DNA of 64,000 nucleotides from Eledone cirrhosa (taxonomy: Eukaryota). The position numbers and the translations under genes are program-made. Below the pieces are notes generated by a model. The model had not been told where the DNA came from. It made no database searches and worked only from the letters and a program-made list of their open reading frames with translations. The stretch spans positions 30,876,001-30,940,000 of the forward strand of contig OZ024740.1 of the NCBI GenBank assembly GCA_964016885.1. The letters run 5' to 3'. Below are positions 52,840 through 64,000 of the stretch, in pieces (position 1 is the stretch's first letter; each line of letters starts with the position of its first letter).

Positions 52840-54595
52840 ATGGACGGAATTTTCACATCTCATCCTAACGAGAAAGCCACGCCCCCTAAGAAAGGTGATA
52901 CAGAGAAGCTAGAAGCACAAGGCTCTAAGTCTTCCCTCCTCACTTCTGCAAAAGAAACATGGAGTACGGAATTAAAAGAAAAATTTGTAAAAATGGGTGA
53001 AAACCCAGAAAGTCACATAAACGCAGACAAAAACAACAATGACAATAACAGCACGACCAACAACAGCAATAGTCACAACACCAACCAAAAAAAAATTAAA
53101 AAAATAACGATATCACCAAACAAAGCGAACCCACTACTGGTGCCTCCTTTGCACAGGTGGTCCGAAAAACACAGACCTGCAAGCAACTGGACATTACAAC
53201 TCTGAGAGAAAAGATGAAGGAAGCAAAACAGTATGTAACTTTCAAAGAAGGAGACTTCACAATCACCTCCCCACAAGAAATCAAAAGAGACACGACACTA
53301 AGAACGATATCCTTCAGAACAATTTCCAACATAACAAGGAAACCAGCTCAATTATCCCAAAAAGAAATTGAGCTAGTCCTAAAAAATGTGTGGAGTGATA
53401 TATCGTTCATACAAAAAGGGCCACTCTATGGGAATATAACGGTGCTAATGAAGGATCAATTGACGGCCAGGAAATACTCTGTGGCATCAATTGTTTCCAA
53501 GCTACACACATTTTCCCCCACATATTTAGGGAAAAGAACGCAGAAAATAAGGGTCTCCGGAATCCGGCCAAATGCATGCATTTCCTGGGTACTAACAGGA
53601 TTTTTAGAAGACGAGGACGAAATCCTCTCAGTAGGAGAAGTCACCACAGACGTTTTCGGCGGTTTGAGCGTGGAGGTTCTGGTCCAAATGAGACCAGAAC
53701 GAATAGCTAGAATACCACAGAGGGTGTCCTTCGATGGAGAAACATTTATATACATTTCAGCCGAGGGTAGGAGGCCCATATGTTACTACTGTTCAAGCAG
53801 GGGTCATCTAAGGGCTGCCTGTCCTCAATTGACAAAAAAAAAGGCTATTTTGCCTACACCCCACACACCACCACTGCCACCACCACCACCACCACCACCA
53901 CCACCACCACAACAACAACAAAAACAACATGGAAAAATAACACAAGACACGGCCCCACCCAAAACAACTCCCAAAACACACACAAACACAACAAAACCCC
54001 AAAATACACCACTACCCGACAGCACGGACGAGGACCCAGCTGAAACGGCACCTAGTGACGAAGAGGGGGGACCCTTCCAACCAGTAAAAAGGAAAAAAAG
54101 AAAGCACCACTCGAACATAAACGAAACAAACACACAACCACCAACAAAAACAAAACAAACAGAACAAACAAAATCCGCCCCACCCCAAAACATAACACAT
54201 ACAACAAAACGTAAGCACACACAAGAACAACAAACAAACACAACACAAATAAAACAGTATACATACATTAACACAAATAACAAAGAACTAGTAAAAACAA
54301 TACACAAAGACCCTTTGGTGGAAACTGAAGGGCAATTCTTTGCAAGCGCGGCCAACAAACCGCATTTAAAAATGATAAGACTCCCAATGGACACCTATGC
54401 AAAACTAAGAGAGAACTTTCCTGAGGACGTGGGGAAAACATGTACTCGACCCTATAACCGCGTCCTCTTGAAACGTTTCCCCACCCACACCTCGCCAAAC
54501 ACCCCCACTCCACCACAGAACAACACCCCACCAAACAACCCCCCAATACGCCCATGGATATTGTGCAACCTGCTCCTCAGGAGCCGAACAGGTAG
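52840..54595 (+). pseudogene. ORF1 of copy 2, frameshifted
   Basis: Frameshift in the A-rich tract near 53090-53105 and a 1-bp deletion near 54540; CCHC knuckle intact. Confidence 0.88.
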
Positions 54596-54616
54596 GTCCT
54601 TCCTCTTTTAACCAAC

Positions 54617-57600
54617 ATGGCTGATATAAGAGTTGGGTGTCTGAATGTACGCGGCCTGGGAGTGTCTTGGAAACAAGGCAAACTTTTAAACGATCTCAGG
54701 TCGCATAGAATGGATGTAATGGCTATTTGCGAGTCCAGGATCAGCAGCGAGCACCAACTGGCGCCCCTCTTCGACGACTTTGAGATCTTCGCATCTCTCT
54801 GTCAACCGGGGGGTGGGGGTGGAGTTGTTGTTCTGCTGCGAAAACACCTGGGCCTCGTCATAAAGAAGGTGCACCTGGACCCGGAGGGTCGACTGGTGGT
54901 TTTAGACGTCGGCAGTAGTGAAAGTTGAGCCCTTAGACTAATTGCTGTGTACGCCCCTTTTTGGGCAGCGCGGCAGGACTACTTCCAACGTCTGGAAACT
55001 TTTCTGGGAACGTCCCGCTCCTTGCTTTTAGTGGGGGACTGGAATGGTATCCTGGATGTACGTTGGGACTATGTAGGGGCATGTGCCAATAGAGGGGGGT
55101 GTAAAAGCCTCAAAAGGTTAATCGGCCGATTTGACCTGGCCGATAGATATCGACTAGATTTTCCGACTGTACCACTATGGACGTGGACCAATCGCAGCGG
55201 AACATCTAGGTCGTACCTAGATAGGGTCCTAGTTAGAGATAAGGATAGGGACACATTTAGCTGTCCAAAAATGTTCATGGTTGACTATTCGGATCACAAG
55301 TTAGTGACCTGCATAGCCAACCTTGATAGAACCCATAGACAGGGACCCGGTTACTGGAAGCTGAACTTGTCCTTACCGACAAGCAAAGCTTACAGTAAAC
55401 GGATTAGCACGTTAGTTAAGCAGAGTTTGACAGGGGCAATTGTCAACAACAGGTGGTGGAGCTCTCTTACGAGAGCAATTAGAATAGAATCGATAGGTTT
55501 TAGTCAGGAATTAGCAAGGGATAGGAACAAGACGGAAAGGGAATTAGTAGATAGAGTAGAAGAGGCGATTAGGAGTGGCAATGTAGCCAGCGTGCTGGCA
55601 TCAAGAATGGCCTTAGACCAGTTCTTTGATGTGAAGCACGAGGGCTGCGTTGTCAGGAGTAAAATACGTGCACTGGGTAATGAGGGAGCCAAAGCTGTTA
55701 GCTGGGCCCGAGTGACAGAGGCAAAAAGTGGGAACAAGTCCACAATTCGGTCTTTGAAGGACCAGGATGGGCGTGTGATCCTTGAACCTGGGCAGATGTG
55801 TGCGGCCTTTCAGCGGCACTTTGCACGACTGTTCGGGAGGGGCGGCGCGCCGGGTGAGACTATGGATTTCAATCCATACCTCGACGGTCTGCCGCGCCTC
55901 TCGGACGGGGAGGCGAAGTCCTGCGAAAGGCCGATTTCAGCTGCTGAGATAGGGGTGGCGCTGAGCCAATGCGGCAAACGCAAATCCCCGGGTCTCGATG
56001 GTCTACCATACGAGCTATATGTAGCGATGCCGGACTTGTTCTCCGATATCCTCGAAGCGGTCTACTGCAACTGGCAGCAGAACAGGAGAATTCCCAGTTC
56101 TGTGACCAAGGGCGTAGTTACGCTGGTGAGGAAGGACGAGAACAAGGGGGATGACATAAGTAACTTCAGGCCCATAACTCTGCTAAATGCAGAGTTAAAG
56201 ATTTTGGCCAAGGTGTTAGCGAAGAGGTTGGCGCTTGTCATCGGAAACCTGGTGGGAGAAGCGCAGACATGCGCAATCCCATCCAGGTCCATTCACGACA
56301 ATCTCCACTTTATGCGATACATCATAGAGAGGGTAGGGTATGAACCCGGCTTTGGTGGGGCCCTGATCAACTTGGATCAATCTAAAGCTTTCGATAGGGT
56401 TGACCATTGTTACCTGGATGCGGTGCTCGCGGCGGCAGGCTTCGGAACCGTTTTCAGGGGTTGGATTGCTGCGATGCACAGCAGCAACATCTGCTCAAGG
56501 GTCAAGGTGAACGGCCACCTCTCGGAGCCATTCCAAATCATGCGATCCATCCGACAGGGATGCCCTCTCTCCTCCCTTCTGTATGTGCTGGCTCTTGAGC
56601 CACTACTGCGGAAGTTGGATCTGTTGCAGGGCATCCCTTTGGAACCGGGATTGCAGAAAGTGGCGTCGGCCTACGCCGATGACGTGACAGTAATGGTGTC
56701 GAAAACCTCGCAAATCGGTGAGATCGGCACCTTACTGGAGGAATATGAAAGGTTTACAGGAGCCAAGCTGAACCGGGACAAGTCCGTCGGTTTGCAACTC
56801 GGAACATGGAGAGGCAAACCGATGCCCTCCAACGACGTCGTTGGACGCTGGACGGAGGGCCCGGTGAAGCTGCTTGGGGTCTGGTTTGGACCAGACCTCC
56901 AGGTGGAGAAAAACTGGAACGAGGTAATGACCAGGCTGTTTGCACTCACCCAGAAGTGGGCCCAGTGCAAACTATCCCTGAAAGGTCGAGCGGAGGTGGC
57001 GAATACTTATATAGCATTCGTCATCTACTACCACTTGACCGTCGTGCCTTACCCAGTGAAAAGACTTGCCAAAATGGAGTGCGCGCTGTTCCAATTTCTT
57101 TGGAACAAGCGGACCCCTTTGGTGAGGAGATCCATCTGCTGTCAACACCCTTCGAAAGAAGGGCTGGGGATGCCGTGGCTACAGATGCGTAAACACGCAT
57201 TAAGGCTACGGCACCTCCAGGTATTCCTTACCGGTCAACCGGTGTGGGCCCCGTTTGTGAGGCGAGCCTTTCCCAGACTCGTCTCGCTCACCGAGCTGCA
57301 ATCCTGGGTCAAGCAAAGACCGAGAAAAGTGGGCAACTGGCACATTGAATGCGCCCAGGCGCTCACGGCCCTCTGGAAAGCGGACCCGGCAATCAGTGGA
57401 GACTCCACGTCGACATTCTATAGAGGGTTGGTACGCAGCAGGTGCGAGGATGCTCTCAGAGAAGCTCTAGGCATGGAGGAAGATGAACTGGCCAGTCTGT
57501 TCGGTAGGACGTTTGGCCCTGGACCGATGGACAACTTCCAAAAGTCCCTGGCTTGGCAGTGCTACCGAGGGGCTCTACCCGTTCGAGACAAGCTCCACAG

Positions 57601-58054
57601 GCATGGGAGCCTGGGTAGGGATCCTTTGAATAAGATCTGTCTGAGATGCGTGCATGACGACGAAACCGTTGCGCACACATTCGTACACTGCCCAGGCATT
57701 GCTGACCTGTGGGGCTATGTGGAATGACTACTGTCAAGGGTGGGACCAATCCGGTTGACCACCGAGTCCATTGTCACGATCAAACCGCCTCCCCCTTTCA
57801 AAAACGAAGGAGAGGCGGTTTTTCTCTGTGTGATAGCCATGGCTAAAGAAGTTGTATGGTGGACGAGGCTGAAAGGGCTGAGGTCAGACACCTTTCTCTC
57901 CGGCCAACAACTGGTCCCCTTTTTCAAATACCATTTTAAAAGAAGGATCAGAATGGAGAGAGAGGTGCTCTACCCCAGCAAGTTTTATGAAAGGTGGGTG
58001 AAAGTAGGGAGAATGGCCTGAGTGAATGGGTCTTCTCTCTATATCAGCCTGTAG
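54617..58054 (+). pseudogene. ORF2 of copy 2, 1145 codons in one frame with three nonsense codons
   Basis: GDWNG, SYLDRV, SDHK, KSPGLDG, QGCPLS, YADD; TGA at 54926, 57725 and 58019. Confidence 0.92.
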
Positions 58055-58289
58055 GTGAAAGAAGAGGAAAAAGAGGAGACGAGGGAAGCACCTACTCTTT
58101 GTGCTCCTAAGGAGAAGGGTTGCACATTTTTTCCGGGGTGTGTGCGACCCATGTTAATGCCCCATCCCTATTGAGGACTTCGTTTGTTGTTGTTATTTCA
58201 TTTTTATATTTTTGTACTCGTTAATTATATGTAAACTTCCCCCCTTGTATCTGTCCCTACCTTTTGTGCCCTGGTGGCAAATAAAGAAA

Positions 58290-58931
58290 TTACTCTATAT
58301 ATACTATTGTATTTTCATAGTAAAATCTTTACCTCACATAATATCTCACATAACATTTACATAACTCTATATATACTATTGTATTTTCATAGTAAAGGCT
58401 TTACCTCACATAATATCTCACATAATATTTACATTACTCTATATATACTATTGTATTTTCACAGTAAAGTCTTTACCTCACATAATATCTCACATAACAT
58501 TTACATAACTCTATATATACTATTGTATTGTCACAGTAAAGTCTTTACCTCACATAATATCTCACATAACATTTACATAACTCTATATATACTATTGTAT
58601 TTTCATAGTAAAGGCTTCACCTCACATAATATCTCACATAACATTTACATTACTCTATATATACTATTGTATTGTCACAGTAAAGTCTTTACCTCACATA
58701 ATATCTCACATAACATTTACATAACTCTATATATACTATTGTATTTTCATAGTAAAGGCTTCACCTCACATAATATCTCACATAACATTTACATTACTCT
58801 ATATATACTATTGTATTGTCACAGTAAAGTCTTTACCTCACATAATATCTCACATAACATTTACATTACTCTATATATACTATTGTATTTTCATAGTAAA
58901 GGCTTTACCTCACATAATATCTCACATAACA
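58290..58931. repeat. 72-bp repeat, about 9 units
   Basis: Period of 72 read directly (24-aa periodicity in the ORF track). Confidence 0.93.
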
Positions 58932-59143
58932 TCTCGTATACGAGAGACGTGTGTTGACGTGTGTGAACAAGCTCGGCTACCGAGTCGGATTTACTTACTC
59001 AAAAAGTGAGTTTTGATTAATTTTTTTATACTGTAATATACGTTAACCCCTTGCCTTGGTCGTCAAACTTTGAGTTTATTTATTTTCGCCCCTTTTTGGG
59101 GCGAATTTTCCAGTTAAAAATTTATTACGGCAAACTAATAGAA

Positions 59144-60880
59144 ATGAACGGAATTTTCACATCTCATCCTAACGTGAAAGCCACGCCCCCTAAGAAAGGT
59201 GATACAGAGAAGCTAGAAGCACAAGGTTCTAAGTCTTCCCTCCTGACCTCTGCAAAAGAAACATGGAACACGGAATTAAAAGAAAAATTTGTAAAAATGG
59301 GTGAAAACCCAGAAAGTCACATAAACGCAGACAAAAACAACAACGACAATAACAGCAATAGTCACAACACCAACCAAGGAAAAAATAACGATAACACCAA
59401 ACAAAGCGAACCCACTACTGGTACCTCCTTTGCACAGGCGGTCCGGAAAACACAAACCTGCAAGCAACTGGACATTACAACTCTGAGAGAAAAGATGAAG
59501 GAAGCGAAACAGTATGTAACTTTCAAAGAAGGAGGAGACTTCACAATCACCTCCCCACAAGAAATCAAAAGAGACACGACGCTAAGAACGATATCTTTCA
59601 GAACAATTTCCAACATAACAAGGAAACCAACTCAATTATCCCAAAAAGAGATTGAGCTGGTCCTAAAAAATGTGTGGAGTGATATATCGTTCATACAAAA
59701 AGGGCCACTCTATGGGAATATAACGGTCCTAATGAAGGATCAATTGACGGCCAGGAAATACTCTGTGGCACCAATTGTTTCCAAGCTACATACATTTTTC
59801 CCCACATATTTAGGGAAAAGAACGCAGAAGATAAGGGTCTCCGGAATCCGGCCAAATGCATGCATTTCCTGGGTACTAACAGGATTTTTAGAAGACGAGG
59901 ACGGAATCCTCTCAGTAGGAGAAGTCACCACAGACGTTTTCGGCGGTTTGAGCGTGGAGGTTCTGGTCCAAATGAGACCAGAACGAATAGCTAGAATACC
60001 ACAGAGGGTGTCCCTCGATGGAGAAACATTTATATATATTTCAGCCGAGGGTAGGAGGCCCATATGTTACTACTGTTCAAGCAGGGGTCATCTAAGGGCT
60101 GCTTGTCCTCAATTGACAAAAAAAAAGGCTCTTTTGCCTACACCCCACACACCACCACCGCCACCACCACCACCACCTCCACCACCACCACCACAACAAC
60201 AACAAAAACAACAGGGAAAAATAACACAAGACACGGCCCCACCCAAAACAACTCCCAAAACACACACAAATACAACAAAACCCCAAAATACACCACTACC
60301 CGACAGCACGGACGAGGACCCAGCGGAAACGGCACCTAGTGACGAAGAGGGGGAACCCTTCCAACCTGTAAAAAGGAAAAAAAGAAAGCACCACTCGAAC
60401 ATAAACGAAACAAACACACAACCACCAACAAAAACAAAACAAACAGAACAAACAAAATCCGCCCCACCCCAAAACATAACACATACAACAAAACGTAAGC
60501 ACACACAAGAACAACAAACAAACACAACACAAATAAAACAGTATACATACATTAACACAAATAACAAAGAACTAGTAAAAACAATACACAAAGACCCTTT
60601 GGTGGAAACTGAAGGGCAATTCTTTGCAAGCGCGGCCAACAAACCGCATTTAAAAATGATAAGACTCCCAATGGACACCTATGCAAAACTAAGAGAGAAC
60701 TTTCCTGAGGACGTGGGGAAAACATGTACTCGACCCTATAACCGCGTCCTCTTGAAACGTTTCCCCACCCACACCTCACCATACACCCCCACTCCACCAC
60801 AGAACAACACCCCACCAAACAACCCCTCCAATACGCCCATGGATATTGTGCAACCTGCTCCTCAGGAGCCGAACAGGTAG
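59144..60880 (+). CDS. LINE ORF1p, 578 aa, CCHC zinc knuckle
   Basis: First ATG at 59144 within the 609-codon ORF (the track starts at TTG); ends PMDIVQPAPQEPNR*. Confidence 0.88.
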   Translation: MNGIFTSHPNVKATPPKKGDTEKLEAQGSKSSLLTSAKETWNTELKEKFVKMGENPESHINADKNNNDNNSNSHNTNQGKNNDNTKQSEPTTGTSFAQAVRKTQTCKQLDITTLREKMKEAKQYVTFKEGGDFTITSPQEIKRDTTLRTISFRTISNITRKPTQLSQKEIELVLKNVWSDISFIQKGPLYGNITVLMKDQLTARKYSVAPIVSKLHTFFPTYLGKRTQKIRVSGIRPNACISWVLTGFLEDEDGILSVGEVTTDVFGGLSVEVLVQMRPERIARIPQRVSLDGETFIYISAEGRRPICYYCSSRGHLRAACPQLTKKKALLPTPHTPPPPPPPPPPPPPPQQQQKQQGKITQDTAPPKTTPKTHTNTTKPQNTPLPDSTDEDPAETAPSDEEGEPFQPVKRKKRKHHSNINETNTQPPTKTKQTEQTKSAPPQNITHTTKRKHTQEQQTNTTQIKQYTYINTNNKELVKTIHKDPLVETEGQFFASAANKPHLKMIRLPMDTYAKLRENFPEDVGKTCTRPYNRVLLKRFPTHTSPYTPTPPQNNTPPNNPSNTPMDIVQPAPQEPNR

Positions 60881-60901
60881 GTCCTTCCTCTTTTAACCAA
60901 C

Positions 60902-63900
60902 ATGGCTGATATAAGAGTTGGGTGTCTGAATGTACGTGGCCTGGGACTGTCTTGGAAACAAGGCAAACTTTTAAACGATCTCAGGTCGCATAGAATGGAT
61001 GTAATGGCTATTTGCGAGTCCAGGATCAGCAGCGAGCACCAACTGGCGCCCCTCTTCGACGACTTTGAGATCTTCGCATCTCTCTGTCAACCGGGGGGTG
61101 GGGGTGGAGTTGTCGTTCTGCTGCGAAAACACCTGGGCCTCGCCATACAGAAGGTGCACCTGGACCCGGAGGGTCGACTGGTGGTTTTAGACGTCGGCAG
61201 TAGTGAAAGTGGAGCCCTTAGACTAATAGCTGTGTACGCCCCTTTTTGGGCAGCGCGGCCGGAATACTTCCAACGTCTGAAAACTTTTCTGGGAACGTCC
61301 CGCTCCTTGCTTTTAGTGGGGGACTGGAATGGTATCCTGGATGCACGTTGGGACTATGTAGGGGCATGTGCCAATAGAGGGGGGTGTAAAAGCCTCAAAA
61401 GGTTAATCGGCCGATTTGACCTGGCCGATAGATATCGACTAGATTTTCCGACTGTACCACTATGGACGTTGACCAATCGCAGTGGAACATCTAGGTCGTA
61501 CCTAGAAAGGGTCCTAGTTAGAGAGAACGATAGGGACACATTTAGCTGTCCAAAAATGTTCATGGTTGACTATTCGGATCACAAGTTAGTGACCTGCATA
61601 GCCAACCTTGATAGAACCCATAGACAGGGACCCGGTTACTGGAAGCTGAACTTGTCCTTACCGAGAAGCAAAGCTTACAGTAAACGGATTAGCACGTTAG
61701 TTAAGCAGAGTTTGACAGGGGCAATTGTCAACAACAGGTGGTGGAGCTCTCTTAAGAGAGCAATTAGAATAGAATCGATAGGTTTTAGTCAGGAATTAGC
61801 AAGGGATAGGAACAAGACGGAAAGGGAATTAGTAGATAGAGTAGAAGAGGCGATTAGGAGTGGCAATGTAGCCGGCGTGCTGGCATCAAGAATGGCCTTA
61901 GACCAGTTCTTTGAGGTGAAGCATGAAGGCTGCGTTGTCAGGAGTAAAATACGTGCTCTGGGTAATGAGGGAGCCAAAGCTGTGAGCTGGGCCCGAGTGA
62001 CAGAGGCAAAAAGTGGGAACAAGTCCACGATTCGGTCTTTGAAGGACCAGGATGGGCGTGTGATCCTTGAACCTGGGCAGATGTATGCGGCCTTTCAGCG
62101 GCACTTTGCACGACTGTTCGAGAGGGGCGGCGCGCCGGGTGAGACTATGGATTTCAATCCATACCTCGACGGTCTGCCGCGCCTCTCGGACGCGGAGGCG
62201 AAGTCCTGCGAAAGGACGATTTCAGCTGCTGAGATAGGGGCGGCGCTGAGCCAATGCGGCAAACGCAAATCCCCGGGTCTCGATGGTCTACCATACGAGC
62301 TATATGTAGCGATGCCGGACTTGTTCTCCGATATCCTCGAAGCGGTCTACTGCAACTGGCAGCAGAACGGGAGAATTCCCAGTTCTGTGACCAAGGGCGT
62401 AGTTACGCTGGTGAGGAAGGACGAGAACAAGGGGGATGACATAAGTAACTTCAGGCCCATAACTCTGCTAAATACAGAGTTAAAGATTTTGGCCAAGGTG
62501 TTAGCGAAGAGGTTGGCGCTTGTCGTTGGAAACCTGGTGGGAGAAGCGCAGACATGCGCAATCCCGTCCAGGTCCATTCACGACAATCTCCACCTTATCC
62601 GATACATCATAGAGAGGGTAGGGAATGAACCCGGCTTTGGTGGGGCCCTGATCAACTTGGATCAATCTAAAGCTTTCGATAGGGTTGACCATCGTTACCT
62701 GGATGCGGTGCTCGCGGCGGCAGGCTTCGGACCCATTTTCAGGGGTTGGATTGCTGCGATGCACAGCAGCAACATCTGCTCAAGGGTCAAGGTGAACGGC
62801 CACCTCTCGGAGCCGTTCCAAATCATGCGATCCATCCGACAGGGATGCCCTCTCTCCTCCCTACTGTATGTGCTGGCTCTTGAGCCACTACTGCGGAAGT
62901 TGGAGCGGTTGCAGGGCATCCCTTTGGAACCGGGATTGCAGAAAGCGGCGTCGGCCTACGCCGATGACGTGACAGTAATGGTGTCGAAAACCTCGCAAAT
63001 CGGTGAGATCGGCACCTTACTGGAGGAATATGAAAGGTTTACAGGAGCCAAGCTGAACCGGGACAAGTCCGTCGGTTTGCAACTCGGAACATGGAGAGGC
63101 AAACCGATGCCCTCCAACGACGTCGTCGGACGCTGGACGGAGGGCCCGGTGAAGCTGCTTGGGGTCTGGTTCGGACCAGACCTCCAGGTGGAGAAAAACT
63201 GGAACGAGGTAACGGCCAGGGTGTTTGCACTCACCCAGAAGTGGGCCCAGTGCAAACTATCCCTGAAAGGTCGAGCGGAGGTGGCGAATACTTATATAGC
63301 ATCCGTCATCTACTACCGCTTGACCGTCGTGCCTTGCCCAGTGAAAAGACTCGCCAAAATGGAGTGCGCGCTGTTCCAATTTCTTTGGAACAAGCGGACC
63401 CCTTTGGTGAGGAGATCCATCTGCTGTCAACACCCTTCGAAAGGAGGGCTGGGGATGCCGTGGCTACAAATGCGTAAACACGCATTAAGGCTACGGCACC
63501 TCCAGGTATTCCTCACCGGTCAACCGGCGTGGGCCCCGTTTGTGAGGCGAGCCTTTCCCAGACTCGTCTCGCTCACCGAGCTGCAATCCTGGGTCAAGCA
63601 AAGACCGAGAAAAGTGGGCGACTGGCACATTGAATGTGCCCAGGCGCTCACGGTCCTCTGGAAAGCGGACCCGGCAATCAGTGGAGACTCCACGTCGACA
63701 TTCTATAGAGGGTTGGTACGCAGCAGGTGCGACGATGCTCTCGGAGAAGCTCTAGGCATGGAGGAAGATGAACTGGCCAGTCTGTTCGGTAGGACGTTTG
63801 GCCCTGGACCGATGGACAACTTCCAAAAGTCCCTGGCTTGGCAGTGCTACCGAGGGGCTCTACCCGTTCGAGACAAGCTCCACAGGCATGGGAGCCTGGG

Positions 63901-64000
63901 TAGAGATCCTTTGAATAAGATCTGTCCGAGATGCGTGCATGATGACGAAACCGTTGCGCACGCATTCGTACACTGCCCAGGCATTGCTGACCTGTGGGGC
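60902..64000 (+). CDS. LINE ORF2p (APE endonuclease, RT, zinc finger), 3'-incomplete
   Basis: Starts MADIRVGCLNVRGL. The sites mutated in copies 1 and 2 are sense codons here. Absence from the ORF track is consistent with no stop before the edge. Expected end is about 64339 by analogy with copy 2. Confidence 0.85.
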   Translation, partial: MADIRVGCLNVRGLGLSWKQGKLLNDLRSHRMDVMAICESRISSEHQLAPLFDDFEIFASLCQPGGGGGVVVLLRKHLGLAIQKVHLDPEGRLVVLDVGSSESGALRLIAVYAPFWAARPEYFQRLKTFLGTSRSLLLVGDWNGILDARWDYVGACANRGGCKSLKRLIGRFDLADRYRLDFPTVPLWTLTNRSGTSRSYLERVLVRENDRDTFSCPKMFMVDYSDHKLVTCIANLDRTHRQGPGYWKLNLSLPRSKAYSKRISTLVKQSLTGAIVNNRWWSSLKRAIRIESIGFSQELARDRNKTERELVDRVEEAIRSGNVAGVLASRMALDQFFEVKHEGCVVRSKIRALGNEGAKAVSWARVTEAKSGNKSTIRSLKDQDGRVILEPGQMYAAFQRHFARLFERGGAPGETMDFNPYLDGLPRLSDAEAKSCERTISAAEIGAALSQCGKRKSPGLDGLPYELYVAMPDLFSDILEAVYCNWQQNGRIPSSVTKGVVTLVRKDENKGDDISNFRPITLLNTELKILAKVLAKRLALVVGNLVGEAQTCAIPSRSIHDNLHLIRYIIERVGNEPGFGGALINLDQSKAFDRVDHRYLDAVLAAAGFGPIFRGWIAAMHSSNICSRVKVNGHLSEPFQIMRSIRQGCPLSSLLYVLALEPLLRKLERLQGIPLEPGLQKAASAYADDVTVMVSKTSQIGEIGTLLEEYERFTGAKLNRDKSVGLQLGTWRGKPMPSNDVVGRWTEGPVKLLGVWFGPDLQVEKNWNEVTARVFALTQKWAQCKLSLKGRAEVANTYIASVIYYRLTVVPCPVKRLAKMECALFQFLWNKRTPLVRRSICCQHPSKGGLGMPWLQMRKHALRLRHLQVFLTGQPAWAPFVRRAFPRLVSLTELQSWVKQRPRKVGDWHIECAQALTVLWKADPAISGDSTSTFYRGLVRSRCDDALGEALGMEEDELASLFGRTFGPGPMDNFQKSLAWQCYRGALPVRDKLHRHGSLGRDPLNKICPRCVHDDETVAHAFVHCPGIADLWG

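Larger units (their letters stand above)
52638..58289 (+). mobile_element. Tx1/L1-clade LINE copy 2, full length and defective
   Basis: Colinear with copy 1; AATAAA at 58280. Confidence 0.95.
58941..64000 (+). mobile_element. Tx1/L1-clade LINE copy 3, apparently intact; runs off the window
   Basis: ORF1 is uninterrupted and no stop was seen in ORF2 up to the window edge. Confidence 0.93.

Noticed and set aside
46712-58931. 72-bp arrays as LTRs of an LTR retrotransposon
   Set aside because: There are no TG...CA ends, PBS, protease or integrase; ORF2 is APE-RT of the non-LTR type.
58274-58957. 227-aa repeat ORF (also 52406-52654, 35701-36309 and 41677-42408)
   Set aside because: These are translations of the 72-bp or AGGT repeats with no coding hallmarks.
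47129-63965. Recurrent antisense and alternate-frame ORFs in the LINE copies
   Set aside because: They recur only because the copies are near-identical; no recognisable domains.

Overview
Repeat-dominated eukaryotic genomic DNA. The SINE types suggest a coleoid cephalopod, probably Octopus (inference). The window holds an 8.4-kb 22-bp minisatellite and a near-consensus CTCF site, followed by the 5' part of a + strand gene for a secreted or membrane mucin-like protein. Its signal-peptide exon (10258-10326) splices in frame to a Ser/Thr/Pro-rich exon (45622-46539) across a 35.3-kb intron. That intron contains a 24.4-kb 34-bp satellite, an antisense Tx1/L1-clade LINE embedded in (AGGT)-type repeats, and a 3-kb (CATCTCATCMT)n array. 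The next intron carries three head-to-tail sense copies of a sister LINE separated by 72-bp repeats, and copy 3 looks intact as far as the window reaches. Top observation: about 1.4 kb of the antisense LINE's ORF2 carries dense, strand-specific A-to-G changes, the pattern expected if ADAR hyper-edited LINE RNA was reverse-transcribed into the genome. Both LINE subfamilies also appear to be flanked by unusually long (~62-66 bp) direct repeats.
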